Source: a virus
Taxonomy: Duplodnaviria; Heunggongvirae; Uroviricota; Caudoviricetes
DNA length: 64,000 bases
Strand: one strand, 5' to 3'
IMG/VR virus record: IMGVR_UViG_3300028797_000099
Location: 64,001 to 128,000 of that record
Shown: one piece after another, positions 14,614 through 24,679 of the stretch
Layout: each line of letters opens with the position of its first letter
How positions within the stretch are numbered: position 1 is the stretch's first letter
Made by a program: the position numbers and the translations under genes
Notes under the pieces: model-generated
Seen by the model: the letters and a program-made list of their open reading frames with translations, nothing else
Databases searched by the model: none
What the model was told of the DNA's origin: nothing

Positions 14614-15483
14614 TCAAAGCAAGTCATTTTCCTTAGGCGGTGCCTTCGAGAACAGGTCGGAATCTCGTCCAAAACGCTTCTTGGTAAACGCCCTTTGTCC
14701 ACCCGGCATATTGTGCCAACCGAACCACACCTTGTCACTATTGTCAAGATACATTGACGGAACACGACCATTGAACTTTACGTCTGCAATATACGCCATC
14801 CTGTTGGATAGGTCGGCATACTTTCTCTTGGTAGCTTCATTGTCTGCGGCTGACATACCTGCATTAAGCGGGTGCATGAGCGCCTTATCCAAGCAATACT
14901 GTCCGATAAGGTCAGCCGTTCCACCATGTGCCAAGGCATCATTTATTACGGGGTCGTTCTTGTAAGCAGCGATACCTGAACCACGGGTCAGGAACTTATG
15001 CTTCAAGCAGTCTCTTTCCCATTGGAGATATCGGCGGAAGTCAGTTCTATCCTTCCTGCTCTTATCAAACATCATATTGAGCCATGCCTTCGCCTGTGCA
15101 TCGGCATCGTATCTCTTTTCTTCGTCACTATATGTAGAATCCGCTGCGAAGTTCTTGATTCTCGGAATCCACGTTAGTTTGCTCAGGTCCACCTTATACC
15201 AGTCGTTCTCAGGCTCCCTTAGCTTATAGTGGTCTCTCACTTCCATCCACTTCTTGTTAAGCTCATCGTGTAATTCTTCATCAGTAGGGTGTTGAAGTTG
15301 TAGGAAATATGCGTACGCATCCATCCTCTCGTTGACTTCGTTGATGATGTCACCAATGTTCTCACCGTTAATCTTCGGCCTGTTCATGGTAATCTTATAC
15401 AGATTGCTGGTAGCTTCCAACTGAGCCGGGGTAAGTCCCAGCTGAGATATAGCTTCCATGAAAATTGCGTAGTTGTCCGTCAT
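14614..15483 (-). CDS. Hypothetical protein with shared N-terminal leader
   Basis: IFMEAISQLGLTPAQLEATSNLY; AATAAACTAT upstream. Confidence 0.7.
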   Translation of the reverse strand: MTDNYAIFMEAISQLGLTPAQLEATSNLYKITMNRPKINGENIGDIINEVNERMDAYAYFLQLQHPTDEELHDELNKKWMEVRDHYKLREPENDWYKVDLSKLTWIPRIKNFAADSTYSDEEKRYDADAQAKAWLNMMFDKSRKDRTDFRRYLQWERDCLKHKFLTRGSGIAAYKNDPVINDALAHGGTADLIGQYCLDKALMHPLNAGMSAADNEATKRKYADLSNRMAYIADVKFNGRVPSMYLDNSDKVWFGWHNMPGGQRAFTKKRFGRDSDLFSKAPPKENDLL

Positions 15484-15503
15484 AATCGTCCACCTAAATT
15501 CAA

Positions 15504-15860
15504 TTATAGTTTATTGTCCTTCGGTTCAAGCAACTGTTTCAAGTGTTCGTCAATAAATACGATTTCCCAATGATAGGAGTTGACGATACCGTTTGCAATC
15601 CCGGCAACAAGAGTTCCCGTACGGTTACGGTACACCGCAAAATGGCGTTTCATCCTGTCGGCCAAGATGGTGACTACGGAATCCTGATATGATATTCCAT
15701 GCATCTTCTTATGACCAAGCAGTTCAACTTCCTCTACGTTCTTGCCGAAGCGTTTAAGAACATCCACCGCACGCTGTATCATCTCAGCAACGTCATAGTT
15801 GATGAGCAACTTAGGTGCGTTCTGGTCGATTATCTGATTTGTTTGCATGATTGCTTGCAT
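15504..15860 (-). CDS. Hypothetical protein
   Basis: ORF with TATAAACTA immediately upstream. Confidence 0.65.
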   Translation of the reverse strand: MQAIMQTNQIIDQNAPKLLINYDVAEMIQRAVDVLKRFGKNVEEVELLGHKKMHGISYQDSVVTILADRMKRHFAVYRNRTGTLVAGIANGIVNSYHWEIVFIDEHLKQLLEPKDNKL

Positions 15861-15939
15861 ATCTCTAGTTTATAACGTCAGGAAAGACGTTTATTACACC
15901 GCATATTATAAACTGTTATTAAGTTTGCAAGGAACATCA

Positions 15940-16722
15940 ATGAAATCTCTTTTTGAGCGAATAGACAAGCTTGACACCAACCTTCGGATTTCAAGCGAGT
16001 GGGCCAAGCGCAAGTACAACGAGTTCAACTCTCGTTTCTTCGGAGGCAAGCTCCCGAAGGACATCAAGTTCGAGATGTCTGGCACGCAAAACGCTGTCGG
16101 CGACGCATCATGCATTGTCAGCAACCAGCCGTCACCCGGAAGCATTCCCGTAGGTGATAACTTCGTCAGCAAGCTCAAAATACGTCTATCGAGCTACTTC
16201 AACGACATTACCGAGACGGAAGCCGAGGAAGTCCTGCTCCATGAGATGATTCACATCTGGCAGTACGTCACCATTCCGAAGGCCCAGTGGGGTGCGAACA
16301 TGCATGGAACATCGTTCACCAACAAGATGAACGAAATCAACAGGATGTCCGGCGGAAAGTACAACGTGACCGCCACCAACGATTCCAGCATGAAGGCCCG
16401 CCACGCTGACGACCTCATGCGGAACAAGAAGGAATACGACGAACTCAGCGAATCAAGGCTCATGTTCATCAAGGACAAAAACAACAGCGCCAAGGTTGAT
16501 GTAATCCGATTCAAGAACGAATCAGATATGAACCAGTTTGCCGAACAGTTCGTCCCGATGCACGAGCTTGAAGTTACGGGAACCGCTGCCCCGCACGACA
16601 TCGACGCATACCGATACAGGTTCGGGGCGTTGAAGCCAAACACTGAAGAGAACCGCAACGGATATTACATCATGAACAAGAGGGACATCGAAGAGGCCAA
16701 GCGTCTCGGTGCGATATCCTAG
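15940..16722 (+). CDS. SprT-like zinc metalloprotease
   Basis: YNEFNSRFFGGKLP, LLHEMIHIWQY, HGTSF; AAGGA SD before ATG 15940. Confidence 0.85.
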   Translation: MKSLFERIDKLDTNLRISSEWAKRKYNEFNSRFFGGKLPKDIKFEMSGTQNAVGDASCIVSNQPSPGSIPVGDNFVSKLKIRLSSYFNDITETEAEEVLLHEMIHIWQYVTIPKAQWGANMHGTSFTNKMNEINRMSGGKYNVTATNDSSMKARHADDLMRNKKEYDELSESRLMFIKDKNNSAKVDVIRFKNESDMNQFAEQFVPMHELEVTGTAAPHDIDAYRYRFGALKPNTEENRNGYYIMNKRDIEEAKRLGAIS

Positions 16723-16733
16723 GAGAGAACACT

Positions 16734-16928
16734 ATGTCATTGAAGAAACACCTGTTCGAAGCAGAAATCAAGAAGCTGAACTTGCCGCCTGCAATGGAAG
16801 CGGCAATCGACGACCTTCACGACGCAACTTTTCCCGAGGATGGCGACGACCCCGAATTTGTCGAGAAGGACTGGAAGTCTGTGGACAAGGACCTTGGCGA
16901 CGGAACGTCGTCAGTCGAAACTACATGA
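16734..16928 (+). CDS. Small acidic protein consisting mostly of the shared leader
   Basis: AGGAG SD; LFEAEIKKLNLPPAMEAAIDDLHDATFPE. Confidence 0.65.
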   Translation: MSLKKHLFEAEIKKLNLPPAMEAAIDDLHDATFPEDGDDPEFVEKDWKSVDKDLGDGTSSVETT

Positions 16929-16993
16929 TTTGGCCAACGATAACTTTCGCAATCGTCGTCATAACAATTCTATTGATAACGGGCAAGGTATAA
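16925..16993 (+). CDS. Possible 22-aa membrane peptide
   Basis: ATGA stop/start overlap; MIWPTITFAIVVITILLITGKV. Confidence 0.3.
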   Translation: MIWPTITFAIVVITILLITGKV

Positions 16994-17027
16994 AGGAAAG
17001 TTCCATGGGTTAATCCATGGAACTTTA
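16994..17027. terminator. Hairpin between convergent genes
   Basis: aaagttccatgg-gttaat-ccatggaacttt. Confidence 0.7.
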
Positions 17028-17038
17028 TAATTCAACTC

Positions 17039-18658
17039 CTATACATCACTCAGTATAGCTCTCAGGTCATCCATAGTGAATGTCTTTGCTTTAGCCAAGG
17101 CAGTGCAAAACGCCCATTTAAACGTATATTTTTTATCTAATAGTTTTTTGATAGCATTTCGTTTTTCATCAGTGACATTTGTCCAACCAGCAAATAGGCC
17201 TTGGGTCATTTCGTTATATGCCTTATCCCATTTATCAGACAAGTCACTATTTTTAGCATTCACATAACAATCCTTCACAGCCTTCATATACCGTTTGTTA
17301 TTATCCGCTGTATTCCTCATCATTGATTTATAATCCAATCCCACTCTATGAGATAGTTCAATGTATGTATCATCAACCTTCTCTGGAATTAAGTCGAACA
17401 ACTTCTCAGCATCAACTTCAAGGAATGCATTAATGTTATTTATAACGGTAAGTAAGTCCGGGACTTGATATCTGTTGGTCATCGCATTTACGTCCAACAA
17501 GTGCCTTAGCATATCATCCTTATATTTCTTGTTTACATCACGAGTATCTTTAATAGCACGGGATATATGCCCTTCTTGTCCTTTAAACTTTGTGCTATCC
17601 TTTTGCATCCAAGGCCTATTGGATTTTGGCGGTATATAAGCCGCAGCAATCAATTCCTTAGGAGTATGCAAACGTCCGTCATTCTTCGCCGCATCATATT
17701 TCTCACTGCTTATTCTACAACTTTGATTTGCAATACACTTTGCTGTTTCATCCATTACCCATTTAAATTTGTCAATAGGAACTTCATTAAAGGCCATATA
17801 CTTATTAATATGAAGAGAACGAATTAAGCTGTCTATTGTATTCACCAGATACTTTGGCAAAAAATGTTGCGCCTCACTATACGTGGTCGAATAACTTGTA
17901 TTATTTTTCCATACTACCCATGGTATAAAATTGCTAATTTCTTCAAGAACATGTTCGTCTTCTTTTTGCATTAAAGATAAGTTTTCTTTACCAATATCTT
18001 CTCCAAACACATCAATCTGATATTCCCCTTCCCTCGAAATACTCGGTTCTCCCTCATTAACCTTAAACATGCTACTCGCACTTCTCCTTCCAGATGGAAG
18101 TTTTCGCCTATCCATTTTATTGTATTTATCTTTATCAAGTGTAATTTTCAATGTATCAATCTTGTCACGATGCTGTGCTGGTGGGTTATATGGAATTTCA
18201 TATTCATCATTAAAATTATCAGAGTTTCCAAAGTCACGCCCTTTACGAATCAATCTGGGCTTTTTCTTATTGAAATCTCTTAATACAGGAATCATGTATG
18301 GATTAAGGGCAGTCCATACTACATTGTCATATTCGTTAGTATCGCCCGTGTTGCGCCCATAATTCTTATTTTGAATGGTTATGCCATTATTCAGTATAGA
18401 GTCAACATTATCTGAATGCGTACGATGGAAACGCACCTTAACAGGATGTTGAGCTTTGTACCGTGCCAATTCGACATTTTTATCGGATTTACCCATGCGT
18501 GTATCTTTTGATGGCATATCTCCAGACCGCATGATAGATTTCATCTCGTATAACGGCTGTACACTTTCAAAACAAGCAGTGTACAAATCAGCACAACTTT
18601 TAACTTGATGAGGAGTCAAATCCATAGCTTTTAACGCTTCAATGAAATATTTTTTCAT
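17039..18658 (-). CDS. Leader-bearing protein with putative ADP-ribosyltransferase-like domain (paralog 2)
   Basis: FHRTHSDNVDSILNNGI...VWTALNP...EYQIDVF; paralog of 18668-20368. Confidence 0.6.
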   Translation of the reverse strand: MKKYFIEALKAMDLTPHQVKSCADLYTACFESVQPLYEMKSIMRSGDMPSKDTRMGKSDKNVELARYKAQHPVKVRFHRTHSDNVDSILNNGITIQNKNYGRNTGDTNEYDNVVWTALNPYMIPVLRDFNKKKPRLIRKGRDFGNSDNFNDEYEIPYNPPAQHRDKIDTLKITLDKDKYNKMDRRKLPSGRRSASSMFKVNEGEPSISREGEYQIDVFGEDIGKENLSLMQKEDEHVLEEISNFIPWVVWKNNTSYSTTYSEAQHFLPKYLVNTIDSLIRSLHINKYMAFNEVPIDKFKWVMDETAKCIANQSCRISSEKYDAAKNDGRLHTPKELIAAAYIPPKSNRPWMQKDSTKFKGQEGHISRAIKDTRDVNKKYKDDMLRHLLDVNAMTNRYQVPDLLTVINNINAFLEVDAEKLFDLIPEKVDDTYIELSHRVGLDYKSMMRNTADNNKRYMKAVKDCYVNAKNSDLSDKWDKAYNEMTQGLFAGWTNVTDEKRNAIKKLLDKKYTFKWAFCTALAKAKTFTMDDLRAILSDV

Positions 18659-18667
18659 AAGGTACCC

Positions 18668-20368
18668 CTATACATACTGCAATTTGGTTTGCAGCATATT
18701 AAACCATTTATTAGTAGCATCGCCTGTCATACCAACGCAAAACGCCCATTTAAACGTATATCTTTTATATAATATTTGTTTTAGAACATTGATTTTTTCA
18801 TCTGATGCCCTATCCTTAAACCTATCTTCAAACAATTCATCACGTAATTTATGCCATTCCTCATATACATCACTATTTTTAGTTCTTGTATAAAACTCCT
18901 CTATACCATCATATAAGGCATCATCACCCTGCCTACCATTATGCATACGTCGTGGTATGGATTCACGGATAAAACTTTCTAAACATGGCTTAAACATGTG
19001 AATCGACTCATCATACAGGTCTTCTATAAAACGACCAACAGACCAAAACAAACTGTTGTACTTCCTCATACCGCCGTGCGGCGTTTCTTGTATAGCGTCA
19101 TCCGAGTGTAGCACATTCATTATAGGGGCATCGTACATCTTATCAGTAAACGAACGTTTATCCCTGCTTATGTCACGAGTATCCCGCACCGAACGAGATA
19201 TATGACCTTTTGCCGCCTTGACATTAGACCTGCCTTCAAGCTCTTCCCCCATCCAAGGTCGATTAGATTTCGGCGGTACATAACCAATTTCCACAACCTC
19301 ATCAGGACTAATAGGATAATCAACACCTGACGTACGCTCTTTAAATCGTGAACTACTTATTCGATATGGGTGCTGGGCTATGCACTTTGAAGTTTCCTGC
19401 ATTACCCATTTTAATTTTTCGAATGGAACATGAAAGTTGCCACTATTCACTTTCAGTACATACGGCACTTCAGTTACCCGGAAAAATTTCCATTGTTCAA
19501 TCAAGCTAGATATTGAATTTAACAAATAAGATGGCAAAAACTTTTTTACTTGGTTAAAGGTAGTCGAGTATCTACGCCGATGACCATCTGCATCAACAAC
19601 CCATGCAATAAAATTTTCAATTTCTCGAATCACATTTTCATCTTCTTTTTTCATAAGAGATATATTCTCTTTGCCAATATCTTCGCCAAACACATCTATT
19701 TTGTAAGGTCCCTCATGAGAAACACTGGATTCACCTTCGCCAACTTTTTTCATATATTTTGCGCTTTTTCTTCCATCTGGAAGCCATCTTCTATCCATTT
19801 TATTGTATTTATCTTTATCAAAAGTAAGCTTTAACGTGTCAATATTCGAACGGTATCGTGCTGGAGGATTATATGGATATTCATATATATCCTCGTCATC
19901 TTCGTCGGGTTCAACCCAATTACCCTTTTCATCCCAATGCGGACGGATTGCTTTATGTAGCAATATAGGTTCTTTTTTGTCGAATTTTCTTAATACGGGT
20001 ATGTTATCTGGATTAAGAGAAGTCCAGACAACAGGGTCATACGCATTCGCATCTCCAGTATTACGTCCATAATTATCATTCTGGGTCTTTAATCCAGTAT
20101 TCAGTATTGAATCTACATTACCCGCAGCGGTACGATGGAACCGAACCGTAACAGGATGTTTCGACTTGTATCTTGCCAATTCGATATTTCTATCTGATTT
20201 ACCAACACGTTTACCTTTTGTATCTGCATCACCAAAGGTAAGCGTATCTTTCATTTCATATAACGGATGTACACTTTCAAAACAGGCCGTGTACAAATCG
20301 CCACAACTTTTAACTTGGCTAGGAGTCAAATCCATCGCTTGTAACGCTTCAATAAAATCCTTTTTCAT
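18668..20368 (-). CDS. Leader-bearing protein with putative ADP-ribosyltransferase-like domain (paralog 1)
   Basis: FHRTAAGNVDSILNTGL...VWTSLNP; shared C-terminal YTFKWAFC. Confidence 0.6.
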   Translation of the reverse strand: MKKDFIEALQAMDLTPSQVKSCGDLYTACFESVHPLYEMKDTLTFGDADTKGKRVGKSDRNIELARYKSKHPVTVRFHRTAAGNVDSILNTGLKTQNDNYGRNTGDANAYDPVVWTSLNPDNIPVLRKFDKKEPILLHKAIRPHWDEKGNWVEPDEDDEDIYEYPYNPPARYRSNIDTLKLTFDKDKYNKMDRRWLPDGRKSAKYMKKVGEGESSVSHEGPYKIDVFGEDIGKENISLMKKEDENVIREIENFIAWVVDADGHRRRYSTTFNQVKKFLPSYLLNSISSLIEQWKFFRVTEVPYVLKVNSGNFHVPFEKLKWVMQETSKCIAQHPYRISSSRFKERTSGVDYPISPDEVVEIGYVPPKSNRPWMGEELEGRSNVKAAKGHISRSVRDTRDISRDKRSFTDKMYDAPIMNVLHSDDAIQETPHGGMRKYNSLFWSVGRFIEDLYDESIHMFKPCLESFIRESIPRRMHNGRQGDDALYDGIEEFYTRTKNSDVYEEWHKLRDELFEDRFKDRASDEKINVLKQILYKRYTFKWAFCVGMTGDATNKWFNMLQTKLQYV

Positions 20369-21099
20369 AAGGCGCCTCTAGTTACATAGTTAAGTGAAAC
20401 CCACCCGTCAGTGGTTCGGCCCCATCCACGCCTTTCAGCATAGATATTTATCTGGGTGCCCTTCTCATATTTCGTGACAACATTTCCTACAATGGGAGCT
20501 TCACGGCAATTCAGATTTGCCGTTGTCATACCAGAATATAGAGGGTTCCTCGGTAGCTTCTCGGGAGCAAGGATTTTCAGGAAGTCATACCAGTTGGACA
20601 GACACTCCTCGTTTCTCACCCACGGCTGAGGGCATTGCTTACCGCTAATGCAGTGGTGCATGATGACATGGTCGAGAGGAATATCGTATTCCTTCATGAG
20701 CTTCTTTGCAAGCAATGCAGTACGCTCGACCACCTTGTCGGATATGCTCCAATCCGTGTCGGAAACTTTGAGGGACTTCGTATTCTTCTTGTCTGAACAC
20801 ATCTCGATTGAAATGCAGTTCACATTGCGGGCCTTGCCGTACAGGGTTCCACCAAGCGATGTAGAAATTTTTTTGTACAGCTTGTCGCCAACCGCCCAGC
20901 AATACTGGTTCCTAATGTCGGTGTTGAACTGGACCGCTTCTTCCTGGTCCACAATAAAGTCGGCACTTGCGTTTGTGCCCTGCTTCCCAAAATAGTTTGC
21001 GAAGCTCCTTGCCTTCCCTCCCTTCGAAGTCGTACCAGCGGTGAAGTGTATCACCAGGTATTCAATCGGGCGGTTCTTTTTGACGGTTACGTTGTACAT
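20365..21099 (-). CDS. N-acetylmuramoyl-L-alanine amidase (Amidase_2) with SH3b domain; probable endolysin
   Basis: YLVIHFTAG, SADFIVD, CWAVG, ISIEMC, HHCISGKQCP; C-terminal LNCREAP...GWGRTTDGWVSLNY. Confidence 0.88.
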   Translation of the reverse strand: MYNVTVKKNRPIEYLVIHFTAGTTSKGGKARSFANYFGKQGTNASADFIVDQEEAVQFNTDIRNQYCWAVGDKLYKKISTSLGGTLYGKARNVNCISIEMCSDKKNTKSLKVSDTDWSISDKVVERTALLAKKLMKEYDIPLDHVIMHHCISGKQCPQPWVRNEECLSNWYDFLKILAPEKLPRNPLYSGMTTANLNCREAPIVGNVVTKYEKGTQINIYAERRGWGRTTDGWVSLNYVTRGAL

Positions 21100-21100
21100 A

Positions 21101-21634
21101 CTACACCGTCGCTCCGCCACCAACGTCGGCACCACCGCCTCCGCCGCCATCGTAACAGCCTACTGCACATCCCTGCTTGTACGGCGAGTAGTTCATCCTG
21201 TTCGGGGATGCATATCCAGTCACCATCGGCTGAGCTGTCGTGTTAAAACAATTTACTGGATACTTGCTGGGCAGATGGTCCTGAGCCCTTTCCATCATCT
21301 CCCTGATTTTAGGGTCAGACTTAACCTTGCCACGCTTCCATTGAATCTTCCCTGGGAACAACTGTTTCATTTCTTCCTTCGGGTCACGGTTGGCGTTCGG
21401 ATTAGTGGATAGGGTCATCGGGTTCTTGTACGCACCCATGTCGTTGGAATGAGAACCGTTAGTTGCCATCGGCGCCTGAATTGCGTCATGGATGTTATGG
21501 TTCTCAGCCATCGGCAACGTCAGATGCTGTTCAAAGCCTTCAAAACAAGCCTTACACAGACCCGTGAGGGCTTCCATCTGGGCTTCGGAAAGACCTAGCT
21601 TTCCAATAGATTCAAAAAACAGTTTCGTGTTCAT
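21101..21634 (-). CDS. Hypothetical protein with shared leader and Gly-rich C-terminus
   Basis: MNTKLFFESIGKLGLSEAQMEALTGLCKACFEG. Confidence 0.7.
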   Translation of the reverse strand: MNTKLFFESIGKLGLSEAQMEALTGLCKACFEGFEQHLTLPMAENHNIHDAIQAPMATNGSHSNDMGAYKNPMTLSTNPNANRDPKEEMKQLFPGKIQWKRGKVKSDPKIREMMERAQDHLPSKYPVNCFNTTAQPMVTGYASPNRMNYSPYKQGCAVGCYDGGGGGGADVGGGATV

Positions 21635-21639
21635 ACCTA

Positions 21640-21655
21640 ATAGTTTATAAACTAT
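21640..21655. promoter_or_regulatory. Palindromic bidirectional late-type promoter
   Basis: ATAGTTTATAAACTAT carries TATAAACTA on both strands between divergent genes. Confidence 0.65.
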
Positions 21656-21659
21656 TTGC

Positions 21660-22685
21660 ATGAAGGTAAACGGATTCATCATACCCGTAAGGGGGAACTG
21701 CCGAGCTATGAACGAGGAGCGAAAGAACTTCTCGGTAATGACTCATGTTTCCGAACATCTTTGGAACGACAGGCTTGGAGCCTATGTCGAACGTTCGGAG
21801 AAGGCCCAGATTAACAACCCAGTCATGTCCCGTGACAGGAACCTCGGGGTGAGGTTCCACTACCGCAGGCACAATGCGTTCCTCGACCAGGAGCGCTACG
21901 ACAGGATGTCGGCTGACTTCGTGAAGCGTCAGGGAGTATTCATCAAGTATTACACAGTGACGATGGACGTAGACAGCAACTCGCTGTTCCACGAGGACAA
22001 CTTGCGTGTCGTGGACAGGGAGTTCGACTTCCAGGTGCTAATCGGGTTCCAGCCGCAGAAGGAACTTTACGACAGGTACGGAATCCAGTTCGACGGAAAG
22101 ATGGAACTCCAGTTCCTGATGACCTACTTCCTAGAATGCAACTACCAGTCCCTGAGGGAACACGGTATCAAGCCCCTGTGCGCCCCTTCTGAGCATAACC
22201 CAATCTGGTATCAGCGTGGCTACGAGGATTTCCGTTACTATGGTTACACCGCACAGCAGATTTTCCCCAAGGCTGGCGACATGCTCAAATTCGAGTTCAA
22301 CAACATCTTGTATCAGGTGACCAAGATTTCAGACGAGCAGCCTGAATACGAGTACAAGCAGAGAAAGTACTGGTGGAAGGTATTCGTGGATACGGCAGTG
22401 GATTCTGGGCAGAAGGTATCGGACGACGTTTTGAAGAAGCCCGAACAGGAAAACTTCATCAACAACCTCCTCGGGCAGACTACCTTCGAAAAGACCGAGA
22501 TGGAATCAGGTGCAGATGCGGCAAAGGCTACAACAACGGCAGAATACCCGTTTGCAGTCAACGCCACCGTGGACGAACTGAAAAAGGATGTCCTTTTCAG
22601 GCCACCCGAAGTTCCAGAATGCGTGGAAAATGTTACCGAATCCCCGTCTTACCAGCCGTGCGAAAAGCTGCTCGGCGGCTGGTAG
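21660..22685 (+). CDS. T4 gp14-like neck/head-completion protein
   Basis: GVFIKYY...LFHED...YGIQFDGKMEL...PKAGDMLKF..NNILYQV pattern. Confidence 0.65.
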   Translation: MKVNGFIIPVRGNCRAMNEERKNFSVMTHVSEHLWNDRLGAYVERSEKAQINNPVMSRDRNLGVRFHYRRHNAFLDQERYDRMSADFVKRQGVFIKYYTVTMDVDSNSLFHEDNLRVVDREFDFQVLIGFQPQKELYDRYGIQFDGKMELQFLMTYFLECNYQSLREHGIKPLCAPSEHNPIWYQRGYEDFRYYGYTAQQIFPKAGDMLKFEFNNILYQVTKISDEQPEYEYKQRKYWWKVFVDTAVDSGQKVSDDVLKKPEQENFINNLLGQTTFEKTEMESGADAAKATTTAEYPFAVNATVDELKKDVLFRPPEVPECVENVTESPSYQPCEKLLGGW

Positions 22686-22880
22686 CTACGTTTTACTACG
22701 TGCGCTCAATACGGCTTCACGAGCAAACCCTTTTAGGTCCCAGTATTCAGACAGATACTTAACCGTATCGACTTCCTTTGCACTAGCAATAATGCCTGGG
22801 CCTTTGCCTCGTTTCACCTCATTGCCAGACTTCATCGCAGAAGTCAATACTGCTTTCCATTTTTCGCTACTGCTTCTCAT
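22686..22880 (-). CDS. Small hypothetical protein
   Basis: ORF track; tightly packed. Confidence 0.45.
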   Translation of the reverse strand: MRSSSEKWKAVLTSAMKSGNEVKRGKGPGIIASAKEVDTVKYLSEYWDLKGFAREAVLSARSKT

Positions 22881-22883
22881 AGT

Positions 22884-23285
22884 CTATTCACCAATAGAAA
22901 GTGCTGTATTCAACCACTCGATTATAGGCGTGTTGTCCTCGCCTTCGAAGTATTTTCCGCCAATGTCTTCACCTTTCTGGATTATGCAATGAACGCAGTT
23001 AAGATTTTCGACATCAATGATGGCAGACACCCTGTATTCACCATGCATGAGGAGAAGTTCGACATCGTCGTTGGAAAACACAAACTTAATCGAATCGGGT
23101 TCAACCGATATTGATTTTAGAATCGTTTCCAACCGAGATGTGAACTTCTGCATCTTTAGCGTGTAAGCATACAGGTCAACAGGCCTACCCTTGGTCAGCA
23201 TAAGCTCAATGCGGCAGTACGAATTGAGCCCCTTACTTATGGCGGCTTCGATTAGGTCTTGTTCAACGACCGAGCAACTCATCAT
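22884..23285 (-). CDS. Hypothetical protein
   Basis: ORF track; overlaps upstream stop. Confidence 0.6.
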   Translation of the reverse strand: MMSCSVVEQDLIEAAISKGLNSYCRIELMLTKGRPVDLYAYTLKMQKFTSRLETILKSISVEPDSIKFVFSNDDVELLLMHGEYRVSAIIDVENLNCVHCIIQKGEDIGGKYFEGEDNTPIIEWLNTALSIGE

Positions 23286-23836
23286 TCCGCCTTTACGTGT
23301 CTGAAACCAAGTTCCATAGCTTCCGCAACGGTGATTTCATCCCCGTCCTTGTACACCTTGCCCGTCTTTTCGTTGGGTTCGCCAGCCTTGAATGTGGAAG
23401 CAGGCACCGGGTTACCGGGATGGAAGGTGTACATCACTTCACCCAAACCTTCTTCGGGTCCGATAATGAGAATGGTAAACCCGACATCCTTACGCATATC
23501 CGTATTTATGCAAAGCGAGAGGTAGCCCGTTTTCTTAAAGTCATTGAAATGACAGACATCGTCTGGCTTAAAATCGGCGAGGTCAAGCATGCCGTGATGG
23601 CCAGGAATGTCAGTCGTAATCACTGCCCTGCATCCAGGGGCGAGAACACCCGTGCTATCAACCCACGGAGACCAGTTTGCCGTCATCAGTGCGTTTTCAA
23701 GGGCTTCAACCGTGCTGTAATCGGTGGTAGAACCGATACCCGTGTCGAGTCGCTGTTCCAAACAGGACTTGAAGTAGTCAGGGAGTGCCTTCTTCGTCTT
23801 CTGGATTATATCATAGATTTGCTTGTTGAAATTCAT
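23282..23836 (-). CDS. Hypothetical protein
   Basis: GAGG SD before ATG 23836; YTFHPG motif. Confidence 0.65.
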   Translation of the reverse strand: MNFNKQIYDIIQKTKKALPDYFKSCLEQRLDTGIGSTTDYSTVEALENALMTANWSPWVDSTGVLAPGCRAVITTDIPGHHGMLDLADFKPDDVCHFNDFKKTGYLSLCINTDMRKDVGFTILIIGPEEGLGEVMYTFHPGNPVPASTFKAGEPNEKTGKVYKDGDEITVAEAMELGFRHVKAE

Positions 23837-23881
23837 TTTAAACCTCATACTAAAAACATTGTTTAACCACTTGTATCACAC

Positions 23882-24205
23882 CTACGGAGGAATGACAGAC
23901 TTATGGGAAGCACGAGCCCTCTGGTGCTGATGGGAAGGGTTTCTAGGGAACCTGAACCGCTTCCACACTTCCTTCGCTGCAATGTTTTCATCCACTATTG
24001 CCGACATCTGCAATCTGGTATCAGCCTCGACGCCCACCTTCTCGATTGACTGGTCGGCATGGTGCAGGTCGTGACCTAGCTCGATTGCCTGTTCCGAATA
24101 TCCCGAGGAGGAAGCGTTGGTAGATTGTTCATAGTTCCAGGCCGACACGGAGCCATAGAGGGCGCTAGCGGTCAAAAGGATAAGTGCAACTTTCTTGATA
24201 TTCAT
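23882..24205 (-). CDS. Putative secreted protein
   Basis: MNIKKVALILLTASALYGSVSA signal peptide. Confidence 0.5.
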   Translation of the reverse strand: MNIKKVALILLTASALYGSVSAWNYEQSTNASSSGYSEQAIELGHDLHHADQSIEKVGVEADTRLQMSAIVDENIAAKEVWKRFRFPRNPSHQHQRARASHKSVIPP

Positions 24206-24233
24206 GGTATCCCGTGTTAAAGTCAATTTACAT

Positions 24234-24653
24234 CTAATTGGATTCAGTTGTTTCTTGCTTAGGTGCTGGTATGAAAGCGATGTGGATATCGGTAATCTGG
24301 CCGTCATGCTGTCTTTCGACCTTGATGCCGTCGACGGAAACGAGGTTGATGCCGAGTTGGTTGACGATGAATTCGCCGAGCTTGTTGGCGGCAGGGTCTT
24401 CCTTCATGTCCTGCAAGAGGTTGTTCTGCTTCCGCTTCATGTACTTGTCTACATCGAAGGGGAGTTCAACATGGAGGGAGTAACCGTTGTTGATGACTCC
24501 GTATTTCACCCTGCAGTCTTCCTTGCAGCGTTTCATCGCTTCCCTAAGCTTTTCCCATGACTTCTGGGAGACATCGTATTCTAGGGTGCTGTCCGCTAAG
24601 TCGAGGAAATTGTAAAGTCTTTCCTCAAGATTTGTCAATTCACGTTTGAACAT
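24234..24653 (-). CDS. Hypothetical protein
   Basis: GAGG SD; host-like codon usage. Confidence 0.7.
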   Translation of the reverse strand: MFKRELTNLEERLYNFLDLADSTLEYDVSQKSWEKLREAMKRCKEDCRVKYGVINNGYSLHVELPFDVDKYMKRKQNNLLQDMKEDPAANKLGEFIVNQLGINLVSVDGIKVERQHDGQITDIHIAFIPAPKQETTESN

Positions 24654-24679
24654 AGTTGTTTACCTCTTGTAGCCTTTTG

